IMG/VR virus record: IMGVR_UViG_3300042402_007133
Length of the DNA stretch: 64,000 nucleotides
Source: an uncultured virus (IMG/VR IMGVR_UViG_3300042402_007133)
Lineage: Duplodnaviria; Heunggongvirae; Uroviricota; Caudoviricetes
Reading direction: 5' to 3' (one strand)
A model generated the notes under the pieces. It saw only the letters and a list, made by a program, of their open reading frames with translations, was not told the DNA's origin and ran no database searches. Within the stretch, counting starts at the first letter, position 1. The number at the start of each line of letters is the position of its first letter. A program made the position numbers and the translations under genes. Below are positions 29,807 to 39,766 of this stretch, one piece after another.

Positions 29807-32275
29807 ATGCAAATGTATACCTACGAAGAGGCATTCCAACTTGCGTTGGATTATTTTGCAGGCGATGAGCTTGCAGCAAAGGTCTTTCTTGACAAATACG
29901 CTCTTAGGGACAACCAGCAGAACCTGCTGGAAGCAACGCCAGAGCATATGCATAGGAGGATCTCATCTGAATTTGCTAGGATTGAAAAGAAGAAGTTTTC
30001 TAATCCTATGTCAGAGGATCAGATATTTGGCCTCCTCGATCGATTCAAGTACATCATCCCACAGGGAAGCCCGATGTTTGGAATCGGAAACAATTACCAG
30101 CTGATCTCGCTATCAAACTGCTATGTTGTTGATTCTCCAAAGGACAGCTACGGTGGAATCATGAAGATAGATGAAGAGCTTGCACAGATCTCAAAGCGCC
30201 GTGGCGGTGTTGGTGTTGACATCTCAACGCTCAGGCCAGCAGGAACAGGCGTCAAGAACGCTGCAAGGACAAGCACCGGAATCGGTTCTTGGATGGAAAG
30301 GTATTCAAACACAATTCGCGAAGTTGGCCAGTCTGGCCGCCGTGGTGCGTTGATGCTTACGGTCGATGTTGCACACAAGGACATTGGGAACTTCATCACA
30401 ATCAAGAATGATGACTCAAAGGTCACAGGTGCAAACATCTCAGTTAGGCTCTCAAATGAGTTTCTGGATGCAGTGAAGAATGAAGAGAAGTTCAGGCTTC
30501 GCTTCCCTGTTGATGCACCGCCTAGCGACAACGATGTATGGGTTGACGCAAAGGACCTATGGAAGAAGATCATCAAGAACGCATGGCAACGCGCAGAGCC
30601 GGGTCTTCTCTTCTGGGATCGTGTAACAAGCCACAACATGGTTGACTGTTACAAGGACTTTGGTTTTGAAACAGTCAGCACAAACCCATGCAGTGAGCTG
30701 CCATTGTGCACATACGACTCATGTCGCCTTATGGTTCTTAATCTCTTCTCATACGTAGAGAATCCGTTTACACAAAAGGCCAAATTCAACTTCTCGCTCT
30801 TCAAGGAGCATGCTGCAATCTGCCAGAGGCTCATGGACAACATGATCGATCTTGAGCTTGAGAAGATTGAAGGAATCATCAAGAAGATCAAGTCTGATCC
30901 AGAGGATTCAGAGACAAAGAAGACCGAGCTTGACCTGTGGAACAAGGTAAAGAAGAAGTGCCAGGACGGAAGAAGAACAGGAACTGGCATAACTGCAATG
31001 GGTGACATGATTGCTGCACTAGGATTGGGCTACGGCTCAGAAGAAAGCATCACCCTTGTTGATAAGATCCACAAGATGATGATGGTTGCATCTTTCAGGT
31101 CATCGGTTGATATGGCAAAAGAGCTTGGTGCGTTTCCAATCTGGAACTGGGATCTTGAAAAGGATACAAGCTTTGCAAAGGAGATCCAAAAGGCAGACAA
31201 GGAACTCTACGCAGACATGGAGAAGTGGGGAAGAAGGAACATTGCAAACCTCACAATCGCTCCTACCGGCTCGCTCTCAATCCTGTCACAGACAACATCT
31301 GGTGTTGAACCACTGTTCATGTTGTTCCCTTACACAAGAAGGAAGAAGATCAATCCAAACGATGCGAATGCAAAGACGGATTTTGTTGATCAGAACGGAG
31401 ACCACTGGCAGGAGTTTGAGGTCTACCATCCAAAGGTAAAAATGTGGATGGATGTTACCGGCGAAAGTGACCTCAAGAAGTCTCCATGGTTTGGATTCTG
31501 TGCAGAGGACATCGATTGGGTTCAAGCAGTGAAGCTTCAGGCAGCAGCACAGAAGTACATCGATCATGCAATCTCAAAGACTGTTAACCTTCCAGAAGAA
31601 GTGACAGAAGAAGAAGTTGCAAAGATCTATGAGGCTGCATGGAAGTACGGTTGCAAGGGCATGACAGTGTATCGTAAGAACTGTAGAACTGGCGTTCTTG
31701 TTGAGAAGAAGACAGAAGAGAAGAAGCCAGAGAATGTCATCCAAAAGAATGATGCTCCTAAGAGGCCAGAAGTTCTTCAGGCAGAAGCATGGATCAGCAA
31801 TGTTAAGGGAAATCCTTACTACGTTGTGGTTGGTCTTCTAAACGGTGAACCATATGAGATCTTCACAGGAATCAATGAACATGCATCAGCAGACGGAACT
31901 GTAGGCAACATCATTCCAAAGAATGGAATGACTGGAAACGTGACAAAGAAGGGAAGAGGAAACTACTTCTTCAATTCAGGATCAGAGTCATACAAGCTCA
32001 CAAATGGACATAATGATGAGAACGCAGATGCATTGTGCCGCATGATCTCAACGTCTCTAAGACATGGATCTGATATATCATTTGTTGTGCATCAGCTTGA
32101 GAAGACAAAGGGAGACCTTCTCTCATTTGCAAAGGTTCTTGCGCGTGGACTGAAGAAGTACATCAAGGATGGAACAAAGGTTCACGGAGAAGAGTGTCCA
32201 TCATGTGGAGGCCACAATGTTGAACGAGGAGACGGTTGCGTCATCTGTCGCGACTGTGGATGGACTAAATGCTAA
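29807..32275 (+). CDS. nrdJ: Class II (adenosylcobalamin-dependent) ribonucleotide reductase
   Basis: SLSNCY, AEPGLLFWD, TNPCSE, IAPTG, AISKTVN, GMTVYR; C-terminal CPSC...CxxC zinc ribbon ending WTKC. Confidence 0.9.
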   Translation: MQMYTYEEAFQLALDYFAGDELAAKVFLDKYALRDNQQNLLEATPEHMHRRISSEFARIEKKKFSNPMSEDQIFGLLDRFKYIIPQGSPMFGIGNNYQLISLSNCYVVDSPKDSYGGIMKIDEELAQISKRRGGVGVDISTLRPAGTGVKNAARTSTGIGSWMERYSNTIREVGQSGRRGALMLTVDVAHKDIGNFITIKNDDSKVTGANISVRLSNEFLDAVKNEEKFRLRFPVDAPPSDNDVWVDAKDLWKKIIKNAWQRAEPGLLFWDRVTSHNMVDCYKDFGFETVSTNPCSELPLCTYDSCRLMVLNLFSYVENPFTQKAKFNFSLFKEHAAICQRLMDNMIDLELEKIEGIIKKIKSDPEDSETKKTELDLWNKVKKKCQDGRRTGTGITAMGDMIAALGLGYGSEESITLVDKIHKMMMVASFRSSVDMAKELGAFPIWNWDLEKDTSFAKEIQKADKELYADMEKWGRRNIANLTIAPTGSLSILSQTTSGVEPLFMLFPYTRRKKINPNDANAKTDFVDQNGDHWQEFEVYHPKVKMWMDVTGESDLKKSPWFGFCAEDIDWVQAVKLQAAAQKYIDHAISKTVNLPEEVTEEEVAKIYEAAWKYGCKGMTVYRKNCRTGVLVEKKTEEKKPENVIQKNDAPKRPEVLQAEAWISNVKGNPYYVVVGLLNGEPYEIFTGINEHASADGTVGNIIPKNGMTGNVTKKGRGNYFFNSGSESYKLTNGHNDENADALCRMISTSLRHGSDISFVVHQLEKTKGDLLSFAKVLARGLKKYIKDGTKVHGEECPSCGGHNVERGDGCVICRDCGWTKC

Positions 32276-32289
32276 CCAATCATATATAG

Positions 32290-34044
32290 ATGATGAAAAA
32301 AGGCCTAAACACACTACAACAGCTGGTAAAAGACAGGACGGAAGAGTTCATTAGTGAACTCTTCTCGTCTTATGTTGTTGTCACAGAAAAGATAGATGCT
32401 GCAAGGATAACATTCCAGGTGAAGAATGGAATGCTCTCCATTTGGAGAAAGGATGAGAGGTATCCAATATCGATCATCGACAGGACGCTTATGCAGTACT
32501 ATGAGAAGGCCATAGACCACATAACATCTGTAATAGACTACGCAGTTCTTCCTGAGAACTACCGTTTTGGTTGCTACTACTTTTCAAGTCTGACGCCAAA
32601 CAAGACCCAGTACAAGCGGATGCCAAAGAACAACATCGTACTTACCGATGTTAGGATAGTTGACCAGGATGGTGAAAAGATAAAGGACAACGGAGAGGTC
32701 ATAAGAAAGTGGGCAACTGAGCTTAGAATTGAGCCTGCGCCGATCATATTTGAAGGGTACTTGACAGACAAGCAGAAGGTCAAGATACTTGATTATGTGA
32801 AGCTCACACCAAAGGAGCTTCATGATCGGTATGGCAATCAAACGTTCTCAGAGTTTCTGATAAGAACTCTTAATCCCAACATAAACTCAAGCTTCCTTCA
32901 GGAAGAAGGCGTCTTTAGGCCTGATTCGATAATATTCAGGTTCAAGACAAAGGATGGAGGAACATATGTTGCAAAGACGATCGATCCTCTTTTAGCAAGC
33001 AACGCAGAGATGAATGAGGAGATCCCAGAATCAAGCGTTCCATCTGACCTATATTCCATAGCTCTGATGGATGTGTACTCGTTCATACTTGAGAATGGCA
33101 TGAACTACAACCTCAGAGAGAGGACGCCTGAGTTTAGGTACCTTGAGCTGATATGCCTTCTCTTCAATGACTTCATAGAAGCAAACCTAGAAAGGTACAG
33201 AGGAGTTGACTTCTCTGTTCCAAGCTTCCTAAAGAGCAAGGAATTTGATCTGAACAGAAGGTTCATTGAGAATGAGAAGACGCTTGAGCTTATGACAATG
33301 GATAAATCCTACGAACAGCTTTTCAAGATAATACTTGCAGGCCTCAGAAAGAAGAGAAGAAGAACGTATGGGCTTTTGACACAGTCAATGGTGAACCAGA
33401 TAAACCTTCTCATAGATGAGATAAGGGACATGGTAGAGATGCCCATAGTTGAAGGTTTCATGGACTTTTCAACATTCAGGATCTTTAAGGATGATGTCAT
33501 GAACAAGTTTGCTGATGCAGATGATCTGTTAAAGATGGAGTATGACGATGATCCTGTGAAGAAGACTGCAACGATAGTTGTTGTAAAGCCCCTAATCATC
33601 ACAAGGGAGTTTGAGAAGAGAATAAGAAATATGTCTGAGTTTGATCATGTGTTTCTCCTGTGTCTTCCAAATGAGGCATCTCCGTTCACTCAAGATGGAT
33701 TGGCATCTCAGATGGATTCATATGTAGCATCAACAAAGGATGCAATTGGATGCCATGTATGTAATGGTGAGGATGATCTAAAGAATAAGATCTCAGAGAT
33801 ATCAAATGATTATGAGATTGAAACGATATGTTCTCCGACTGATACAGTCGAATGGCTAAAGTCTTGCATCGATCAGGAGGTAGGAGACATTGGATACCTA
33901 GAAGACGAATCCAATGCAATCGAATACATACTAAAGGACGACTACTCTAGGTTCAAATCAGTATGCCCAACGTACATAAATTCAATGTACATGGCACTAC
34001 AAAGGGACATTGAGAAGACACAAAAAATAGACTACCAGACGTAA
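32290..34044 (+). CDS. Ligase/nucleotidyltransferase-fold-like protein, divergent
   Basis: VVTEKIDA resembles motif I KxDG; PIIFEG; CATATATAG at 32281-32289. Confidence 0.45.
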   Translation: MMKKGLNTLQQLVKDRTEEFISELFSSYVVVTEKIDAARITFQVKNGMLSIWRKDERYPISIIDRTLMQYYEKAIDHITSVIDYAVLPENYRFGCYYFSSLTPNKTQYKRMPKNNIVLTDVRIVDQDGEKIKDNGEVIRKWATELRIEPAPIIFEGYLTDKQKVKILDYVKLTPKELHDRYGNQTFSEFLIRTLNPNINSSFLQEEGVFRPDSIIFRFKTKDGGTYVAKTIDPLLASNAEMNEEIPESSVPSDLYSIALMDVYSFILENGMNYNLRERTPEFRYLELICLLFNDFIEANLERYRGVDFSVPSFLKSKEFDLNRRFIENEKTLELMTMDKSYEQLFKIILAGLRKKRRRTYGLLTQSMVNQINLLIDEIRDMVEMPIVEGFMDFSTFRIFKDDVMNKFADADDLLKMEYDDDPVKKTATIVVVKPLIITREFEKRIRNMSEFDHVFLLCLPNEASPFTQDGLASQMDSYVASTKDAIGCHVCNGEDDLKNKISEISNDYEIETICSPTDTVEWLKSCIDQEVGDIGYLEDESNAIEYILKDDYSRFKSVCPTYINSMYMALQRDIEKTQKIDYQT

Positions 34045-34652
34045 TGTCAGTCTTTCTAAACGCCAGATACAACCAATTTAAGTTCCTCTTTCCAAAGGGG
34101 TTCTTATACCCTGCAATAGAAGAGAAGTACAAGCAGTATCTAAAGGACCTTCCTACGCCATATGCAGACGTTAGGTCATTTCTAAACTCAACTGTCCAGT
34201 CAATAAGCTTTCCAGGAGTGACAGGAGTTACACCAGTTGATCAGATCCAGGCAGGACGATCTATTTCATACAGACAGGGCTATAAGTTCTCACAGGTTAT
34301 AAACAGGGAGTTTACTGTGACGTTTAGGCTTGTTGATGCATACCTAAACTACTGGCTCATGTATGAGCAGCTCATACGATACACAAACTTTGCTGCAGAA
34401 GAACCAGATGATCCAGGAAGCGAGTTCTTCCCTGATTTGGAGATACTCTATCTGACAAGCAATGGAAACCTTACAATCCTTCAAACGTTGAAGCAGGTCC
34501 TTTTTCTGGGAATAAGTGACCTGACGCCAACATACACTGACATATCAAACTCAACAAAGCAGTTCACATGCAGCTTTAGGTTCAACTACTTTGAGCTGCA
34601 GGTCCATCCTATGGACTACAGCGCATTTAATGTTGGGAATGTATATAGGTAA
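34044..34652 (+). CDS. Tail-tube-fold protein (gp3/gp54-like tail completion or initiator)
   Basis: VQSISFPG, FTVTFRL, LNYW, FTCSFRFN. Confidence 0.55.
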   Translation: MSVFLNARYNQFKFLFPKGFLYPAIEEKYKQYLKDLPTPYADVRSFLNSTVQSISFPGVTGVTPVDQIQAGRSISYRQGYKFSQVINREFTVTFRLVDAYLNYWLMYEQLIRYTNFAAEEPDDPGSEFFPDLEILYLTSNGNLTILQTLKQVLFLGISDLTPTYTDISNSTKQFTCSFRFNYFELQVHPMDYSAFNVGNVYR

Positions 34653-34664
34653 AATAATTTGGTA

Positions 34665-35132
34665 ATGAAGAACATCAAGACTTGGAATGAGTTTTCTAGG
34701 ATAAATGAGCTTAGAACAGAAACATATGCAGAGGTCGCAAATCGTACGGGAGGATATCCGGTGAGACTTACATATGCCGGTGTAGATTCTAGCGGAAAAA
34801 AGTATGTCAAGAACCCAAAAGGAGAACAAGAGGGAAGGATCAATAGATTGGCAAAGGAAAGATTCCAACAGGAGTTTCTAAAGGAGTTTAAACCTGGTAC
34901 GATCATAAATAATGGAGGCAAAGAATTTGCACTTTCAAACATTAAGTTTGAGTCAAACTACATGAACTACACATTGATATTTGAAGAAGTCAGTTCAGGT
35001 TCGGTGCTTCCAAAGATGTTGTACATATCGTATGATCCCCGTGAAGGATATTACATAGAGAACGAAGAGGACAACCTCGATGACAGATCAAAGAAGATCA
35101 TCTCTGATATGTTCAAATATAGAGGGAGATAA
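34665..35132 (+). CDS. Hypothetical protein, putative head-internal protein
   Basis: Begins MKNIKTWNEFSRINE; TGTATATAG at 34640-34648. Confidence 0.65.
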   Translation: MKNIKTWNEFSRINELRTETYAEVANRTGGYPVRLTYAGVDSSGKKYVKNPKGEQEGRINRLAKERFQQEFLKEFKPGTIINNGGKEFALSNIKFESNYMNYTLIFEEVSSGSVLPKMLYISYDPREGYYIENEEDNLDDRSKKIISDMFKYRGR

Positions 35133-35135
35133 CAC

Positions 35136-35384
35136 ATGAGCATGTATGAAGTAAACTACCGAGACTGGATACTGACAAGAAAAGACGTCCTCCTGAATAG
35201 AGGATATGACTGGAGAGGCAACATCCTAAAGAGGACCATAAGTCCATACATGTTCTCGAGCCTTAGAAGGACGTTTCACCTTCTGAACCTTGAGAGGCTG
35301 TTGGACTACACCCTTGATAGTGTGAAGGTGATAAAGAAGACCTTCATGTGGGTCTATCCTAAAGGCTTTCGTGATTTCAACTGA
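35136..35384 (+). CDS. Hypothetical protein
   Basis: 82 aa, in tandem with previous gene, followed by terminator. Confidence 0.6.
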   Translation: MSMYEVNYRDWILTRKDVLLNRGYDWRGNILKRTISPYMFSSLRRTFHLLNLERLLDYTLDSVKVIKKTFMWVYPKGFRDFN

Positions 35385-35389
35385 TAAAG

Positions 35390-35415
35390 AAAAAGGGATC
35401 CATTTGGATCCCTTT
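35390..35415. terminator. Bidirectional terminator
   Basis: AAAAAGGGATCC-ATTT-GGATCCCTTT between convergent genes. Confidence 0.8.
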
Positions 35416-35438
35416 ATTGTTTCTATCATATAGTGTAA

Positions 35439-36632
35439 TTAGCGAAGCTCAAAGATGCCAAGATCGCCCCAGATGTATTCAGCAACATCAGAATTGAGGC
35501 CTGCCTTCTTAAGAGCATCAAGGCTTGGGAGTGGATTCAACTCACGGAACTTCTTGAGATCAAGGCCGCTTGCAACCTTTGGATCAACTGGCTTCTCAGA
35601 GAAGAGAACATCTGGCTGAATTCCAACTCCCTGGATCTTCATTGTTCCACCGGCAAAGTACTCAGCAACTGTCATCTTGAATGATCCTCCTTCAACTTCC
35701 TTTACTCGCTGGATCACGCCTTTTCCGTAGCTCTTTGTTCCAACAACTGTTGCATTACGACGTGCCTTAAGTGTGCCTGCAACAATCTCGGCGCTTGATG
35801 CTGTGCCTGAGTCAACAAGAACAACGATGTTCTTGATGTTTTGAAGAGGGCTAAAGGCTTCAGACTTGATAGCCTCTTCTCCCTTACGGTTCTTGATCAC
35901 AAGCACTGTATCTCCTACCTTCACAAAGAGTGCTGCCATTGATTCACCTTCGCTGAGAAGGCCGCCTGAGTTTCCACGAAGATCAAGAACAACTGTATCG
36001 ATGCCCTTTGTTCCAAGCCGTGATGCAATGTTTGAGATGGAGTCTGTTACGCCTTCAGAGAACATGAACACTTTGAATCGGAGCGTGTTGCCCTGCTTCT
36101 TACCCATTGCTGTTGAAACCTTAACAGCTGAACGCTCAAACTCAACATTGAAGCCCTTTCCTGCTCGAGCAACTGATACAGCAACCTTTGTTCCAACCTC
36201 GCCACGAATGTTTGCAGATGCATCCTCGTGGTTCTTAACGATTTTTCCTGCAACTGAGAGGATCGTGTCACCGATTCCGATTCCCTGGTTGTAAGCTGGG
36301 CCGTCCTTCCATACCTTCGTGACAACCACAAAAGAATCCTTTGTGATGAGGCGAATTCCAGTAACACCCTTTACCTGTGAGCCAATCAGCATGTCATTAC
36401 GCTTTGCTGTCTCTTCTTCGCCATTGTAGTATGTGTATTCATCCAGCCGGTTAACCAATTCCTCCCATTCAAGCTGGTAGAGAGAGTCTGGTGCCTTTGG
36501 GTAGTATTCATTTTGGATCATAGGCCGAATGAAGAACTCGGCAATCTCGCTAGGCTTTTGACCCTTTGTCTGTGAGAAAGACTGTGCTGCTGTCGCTATA
36601 AATGCTGCGAGGAGGAGGATGATATTTTTCAT
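35439..36632 (-). CDS. S41 C-terminal processing peptidase (CtpA/Prc-like) with PDZ domain, secreted
   Basis: Signal peptide; GPAY...GDTIL PDZ; LDLRGNSGG, TASSAE, SYGKG, GIQPD. Confidence 0.9.
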   Translation of the reverse strand: MKNIILLLAAFIATAAQSFSQTKGQKPSEIAEFFIRPMIQNEYYPKAPDSLYQLEWEELVNRLDEYTYYNGEEETAKRNDMLIGSQVKGVTGIRLITKDSFVVVTKVWKDGPAYNQGIGIGDTILSVAGKIVKNHEDASANIRGEVGTKVAVSVARAGKGFNVEFERSAVKVSTAMGKKQGNTLRFKVFMFSEGVTDSISNIASRLGTKGIDTVVLDLRGNSGGLLSEGESMAALFVKVGDTVLVIKNRKGEEAIKSEAFSPLQNIKNIVVLVDSGTASSAEIVAGTLKARRNATVVGTKSYGKGVIQRVKEVEGGSFKMTVAEYFAGGTMKIQGVGIQPDVLFSEKPVDPKVASGLDLKKFRELNPLPSLDALKKAGLNSDVAEYIWGDLGIFELR

Positions 36633-36673
36633 TGCAGTCGTCCCTTAGTGGTTGGTTGAAATAACTTACAGAT

Positions 36674-36712
36674 GCAATATACATAGGAATATGGACCAAA
36701 AAAACTATTTTT
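36674..36712 (-). promoter_or_regulatory. Putative early promoter
   Basis: AAAAATAGTTTTTTT-N16-TATATTGC; same layout as 37987-38025. Confidence 0.45.
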
Positions 36713-36738
36713 GAACACACACTTTTCTTTTGGATCCT

Positions 36739-36747
36739 GATATATAG
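36739..36747 (+). promoter_or_regulatory. Putative late promoter GATATATAG
   Basis: Upstream of ORF at 36771. Confidence 0.6.
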
Positions 36748-36770
36748 ATAAGAGAAAAAAAATAAAGAAC

Positions 36771-37427
36771 ATGAAGTACGTAAAGCTATTTGAATCATGG
36801 TTAGATGATCATGTGTATGAGGCTGCCGATGTAAAACCATCTGAAGTTTCTAAGGCATTTCCTATTAACACTGAACAATGGGGGAGTATGGACTTTGTTA
36901 CTGGAAAGAAAGCCACTGACATGCAGGGATTGGCAACATACCTAGATCAGAAGCTCAAATCTTTGTCAAAGAATATACCGACTAAATTTAAGGTGATACT
37001 TAATAAAAAGGGCGGAGGCGATGAGGGAACTGTTGAAATAACAGCTGATAACAATCCAAAGTTAAAGTTTATAACAGGCGGCTCCCTATTCAAACCAAAG
37101 GATGCAAAATCCGATGAACTCAATCCATACGGTAAGACATTATTTAATTATGCTGGTTGGGTAGAAGATGGCGGAGAAAAGATCCCAGGCGATGTTGCAT
37201 CCCTTGATCTCTCACAGGGTGGAGACTGGAGGCTTGGAGAGTTCCTTTCAGCTGCTATACAGAAAAAGGATATTGCTGATATTAGCCAAAGTCCAAAAGA
37301 TTTTGCACTAAATGTTGCTTTGACTTATGACTCTTCGAAAGAAGGAAAGCCTGCTACAATCGATAACATTGTTTCAAAGGTCACTTCAGGAGTTGGCGAT
37401 AATCTTGCACCTAAAGAACCTAAGTAA
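36771..37427 (+). CDS. Hypothetical protein, putative head-internal protein
   Basis: Begins MKYVKLFESWLDDHVYE. Confidence 0.65.
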   Translation: MKYVKLFESWLDDHVYEAADVKPSEVSKAFPINTEQWGSMDFVTGKKATDMQGLATYLDQKLKSLSKNIPTKFKVILNKKGGGDEGTVEITADNNPKLKFITGGSLFKPKDAKSDELNPYGKTLFNYAGWVEDGGEKIPGDVASLDLSQGGDWRLGEFLSAAIQKKDIADISQSPKDFALNVALTYDSSKEGKPATIDNIVSKVTSGVGDNLAPKEPK

Positions 37428-37445
37428 TATTACTAATAATTAAAT

Positions 37446-37473
37446 AAAAAAAGGGGCAAATGCCCCTTTTTTT
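37446..37473. terminator. Bidirectional terminator
   Basis: A-tract GGGGC-AAAT-GCCCC T-tract. Confidence 0.8.
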
Positions 37474-37960
37474 ATTGATATTCAGTTGTCGTAAGAACTA
37501 CCATGTTGAAAAACCCATCCTTTACAAAAATCCCGATTGATATCTTCTTATATTTAGGTTTCATCAAAACATTGTAATGATCCTTTGATCCCAATAATGC
37601 CTTTGCAAAATGTTCAGCCGAAGAGCCATTTAATTTTTCTTTGCCAAATGCAACACATTCACCAAAGTGCTTCCATTCTTGATTTCTAAATCTTTCATAA
37701 CCAATCATTCTTTGATCACAATTACGATGTGCATCTTCACGTGTAAACTTATTCTTCTCGACATTAAAGTATCTATGTGTTGAATCTGCCCAGTCCGTTG
37801 CAAAGCAAAACGTATCCGCTTCATATTCAAGTGTATCTACACCTATTCTGCGTCTTTCTTCGTTAATAACATTTGCAGCAACTCGTGCAAGGGAATCAGT
37901 ATCTACGCGAGCTGATACAACTGAAGATGTAAGAACAAGTGCAAGCAAGAATGTTTTCAT
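37472..37960 (-). CDS. CAP/SCP-like secreted protein
   Basis: Signal peptide; INEERRRIG..L, H, GECVA, SKDHYNVLM, IGI. Confidence 0.75.
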   Translation of the reverse strand: MKTFLLALVLTSSVVSARVDTDSLARVAANVINEERRRIGVDTLEYEADTFCFATDWADSTHRYFNVEKNKFTREDAHRNCDQRMIGYERFRNQEWKHFGECVAFGKEKLNGSSAEHFAKALLGSKDHYNVLMKPKYKKISIGIFVKDGFFNMVVLTTTEYQ

Positions 37961-37986
37961 TGTAGTATCTCCTTGGTTGATTTATT

Positions 37987-38025
37987 CTAAATTACAAAAT
38001 CTATGCAATTAAAAAACTATTTTTT
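37987..38025 (-). promoter_or_regulatory. Putative early promoter
   Basis: AAAAAATAGTTTTTT-N16-TAATTTAG. Confidence 0.45.
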
Positions 38026-38047
38026 CAAATAAGGATACTATACTGGT

Positions 38048-38611
38048 ATGAAACGTGTGATACTTTCAAGAGATAAGGGAGATGAGACCATAAAGACCTG
38101 GCTCTCTTCCATGGGCATTGAGGTCCTTCCATCAACATCTAGGATGGACTCTTGGATAGATGGAATAGTTATAGGCGGTGGAAGTGACCCCGGAATTCCT
38201 GAAGACAGGGACCGTGATAAAATGGAACTTAAGCTCATAGACAACGCCATAAAAAACAGAATACCAGTTCTCGGTATCTGTAGGGGTGCTGAGGTAATCA
38301 CAGTCTGGGCCGGAGGAAGCCTTCAACCCCTTCCAAAGTATGCCATATCAAACCATCAGAGCAGATGGCATAAGGTCATATTCTCAGATATTTGGAGCAA
38401 AAGAGACCTTGACGTCTGGAGCCATCACCATCTTAGGATAGAGAATCCCGGAAGCCTGAAGGCTGCTGCGTTTGCTGAGGACGGAAGCATTGAGGCGATT
38501 GCTGATCCAAAAAGAAAGGTTCTCGGAGTTCTATGGCACCCAGAGAGGAGCGGCGATAATGGGTTGTTAAGCGTATACCCTTGGCTAAAATGGATCGAAA
38601 AGAGGTTCTGA
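38048..38611 (+). CDS. Class I glutamine amidotransferase-like / peptidase C26
   Basis: GGGSD, PVLGICRG, SHHH, DGSIEA, WHPE. Confidence 0.88.
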   Translation: MKRVILSRDKGDETIKTWLSSMGIEVLPSTSRMDSWIDGIVIGGGSDPGIPEDRDRDKMELKLIDNAIKNRIPVLGICRGAEVITVWAGGSLQPLPKYAISNHQSRWHKVIFSDIWSKRDLDVWSHHHLRIENPGSLKAAAFAEDGSIEAIADPKRKVLGVLWHPERSGDNGLLSVYPWLKWIEKRF

Positions 38612-38614
38612 CCT

Positions 38615-38866
38615 CTATTTAGAATCTTTCCATTGTTTGAATCCCTTTATCTTGTTCCAGCCAGGAACGTCCTTCATCTTTATTCCCTTTGGGCCAAGGC
38701 CGCGGTCCATCCAAGTGGCATACTCTCCCCATACCTTCTTCTTGCCCTTCTTCTTTGAATAGGCCATAGGTGAGTCTGTTATGTCAAACAGACCCTTTTC
38801 CATTGACACTTCGTCGCTTACGCCACCGAGGTTTATGAGTCTTGATTTCTTTTGCTTCATGTTCAC
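38615..38866 (-). CDS. Small basic hypothetical protein
   Basis: 83 aa, coupled to upstream ORF by a 4-nt overlap. Confidence 0.55.
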   Translation of the reverse strand: MNMKQKKSRLINLGGVSDEVSMEKGLFDITDSPMAYSKKKGKKKVWGEYATWMDRGLGPKGIKMKDVPGWNKIKGFKQWKDSK

Positions 38867-39450
38867 TTGTATATTGGATCAAGACTTTTTGGTGCTTTTG
38901 GCATTTCCCTCTTCTTCTTTTCTGGGTTGTGCCCCCAGATCTTAAGTGCAAGAAGTATCCGTGTTGGCACCATCTTCTTCTTTCCATCGATTGTCTTCTC
39001 ATCGTACCATGGATTTCCCTTTGCACGCTTTGACGTACCAGTCATCCTTGCATTGAATGAGTTCTGCTTCTTTGCCCACTTCCACATGGCAGGCGTCCAA
39101 TTCTCAAGCGCGCTGGACCATGACCCACCTGTTGGTATCATCTTCATTAGCCAACGAGCAGACTCGCGACCTGTGTCGATCCCAAGCTTTCCAGCAGCCT
39201 TTTGCTTCATGCCAGCCTGCTTTCCTTCTGTGGATTCATAGAACTTCTTGAGCTCATCGACAGACATGTTTATCCAAGTCCTCCATTCTGCCCAGGTCTC
39301 AAAGCTTGCACCGGTCTTGTTCTTTGGTTTAGATTCTTTCTTTGCCTCAGTCAGAGACTCCCATGCAGAGTATCCCATTATCCTATACTCATTGACTTTC
39401 TGTGAATATGCCTTTGGGTTTAGAGATCTGGCCTTTTCTGATAGATTCAT
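38863..39450 (-). CDS. DUF3140-like protein
   Basis: WINMSVDELKKF, GRESA, ALKIWGHNP; GATATATAA at 39466-39474. Confidence 0.7.
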   Translation of the reverse strand: MNLSEKARSLNPKAYSQKVNEYRIMGYSAWESLTEAKKESKPKNKTGASFETWAEWRTWINMSVDELKKFYESTEGKQAGMKQKAAGKLGIDTGRESARWLMKMIPTGGSWSSALENWTPAMWKWAKKQNSFNARMTGTSKRAKGNPWYDEKTIDGKKKMVPTRILLALKIWGHNPEKKKREMPKAPKSLDPIYK

Positions 39451-39508
39451 TGATAATCTGTTTTTTTATATATCATATATGTGTTATGTTTGTACTGTTA
39501 CCAACAAG

Positions 39509-39520
39509 GAAAGGAGGTGA
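39509..39520 (+). promoter_or_regulatory. Extended Shine-Dalgarno GAAAGGAGGTGA
   Basis: 6 nt upstream of the bS21 ATG; complementary to a 16S 3' end UCACCUCCUUUC. Confidence 0.85.
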
Positions 39521-39526
39521 GGTCAG

Positions 39527-39763
39527 ATGGCAAACAACACTAGTTTGCAGATCAAGAGCGGCTGTATCGGCGTTATCGTCGAGAAGGGTGAAAGCATCGA
39601 TCGAGCAATCCGTCGTTTCAAGAAGAAGATTGACTCTTCAAAGATCCTTAGAGAGTTTAAGGAGCGTCAGGAGTACATCAAGCCTAGCGAGCGTAAGAAG
39701 CAGCGCATGGCACGCGCAAAGCGTCGAGAAAAGGAACGTCGAATCTTGGCTGACCTGGACTAA
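39527..39763 (+). CDS. rpsU: Ribosomal protein bS21
   Basis: VEKGESIDRAIRRFKKK, ILREFKERQEYIKPSERKK. Confidence 0.93.
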   Translation: MANNTSLQIKSGCIGVIVEKGESIDRAIRRFKKKIDSSKILREFKERQEYIKPSERKKQRMARAKRREKERRILADLD

Positions 39764-39766
39764 GAG

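Noticed and set aside
4539..32275. Inteins or introns in terminase, helicase, polymerase or RNR
   Set aside because: Normal lengths, contiguous motifs, no splice-junction or homing endonuclease motifs seen
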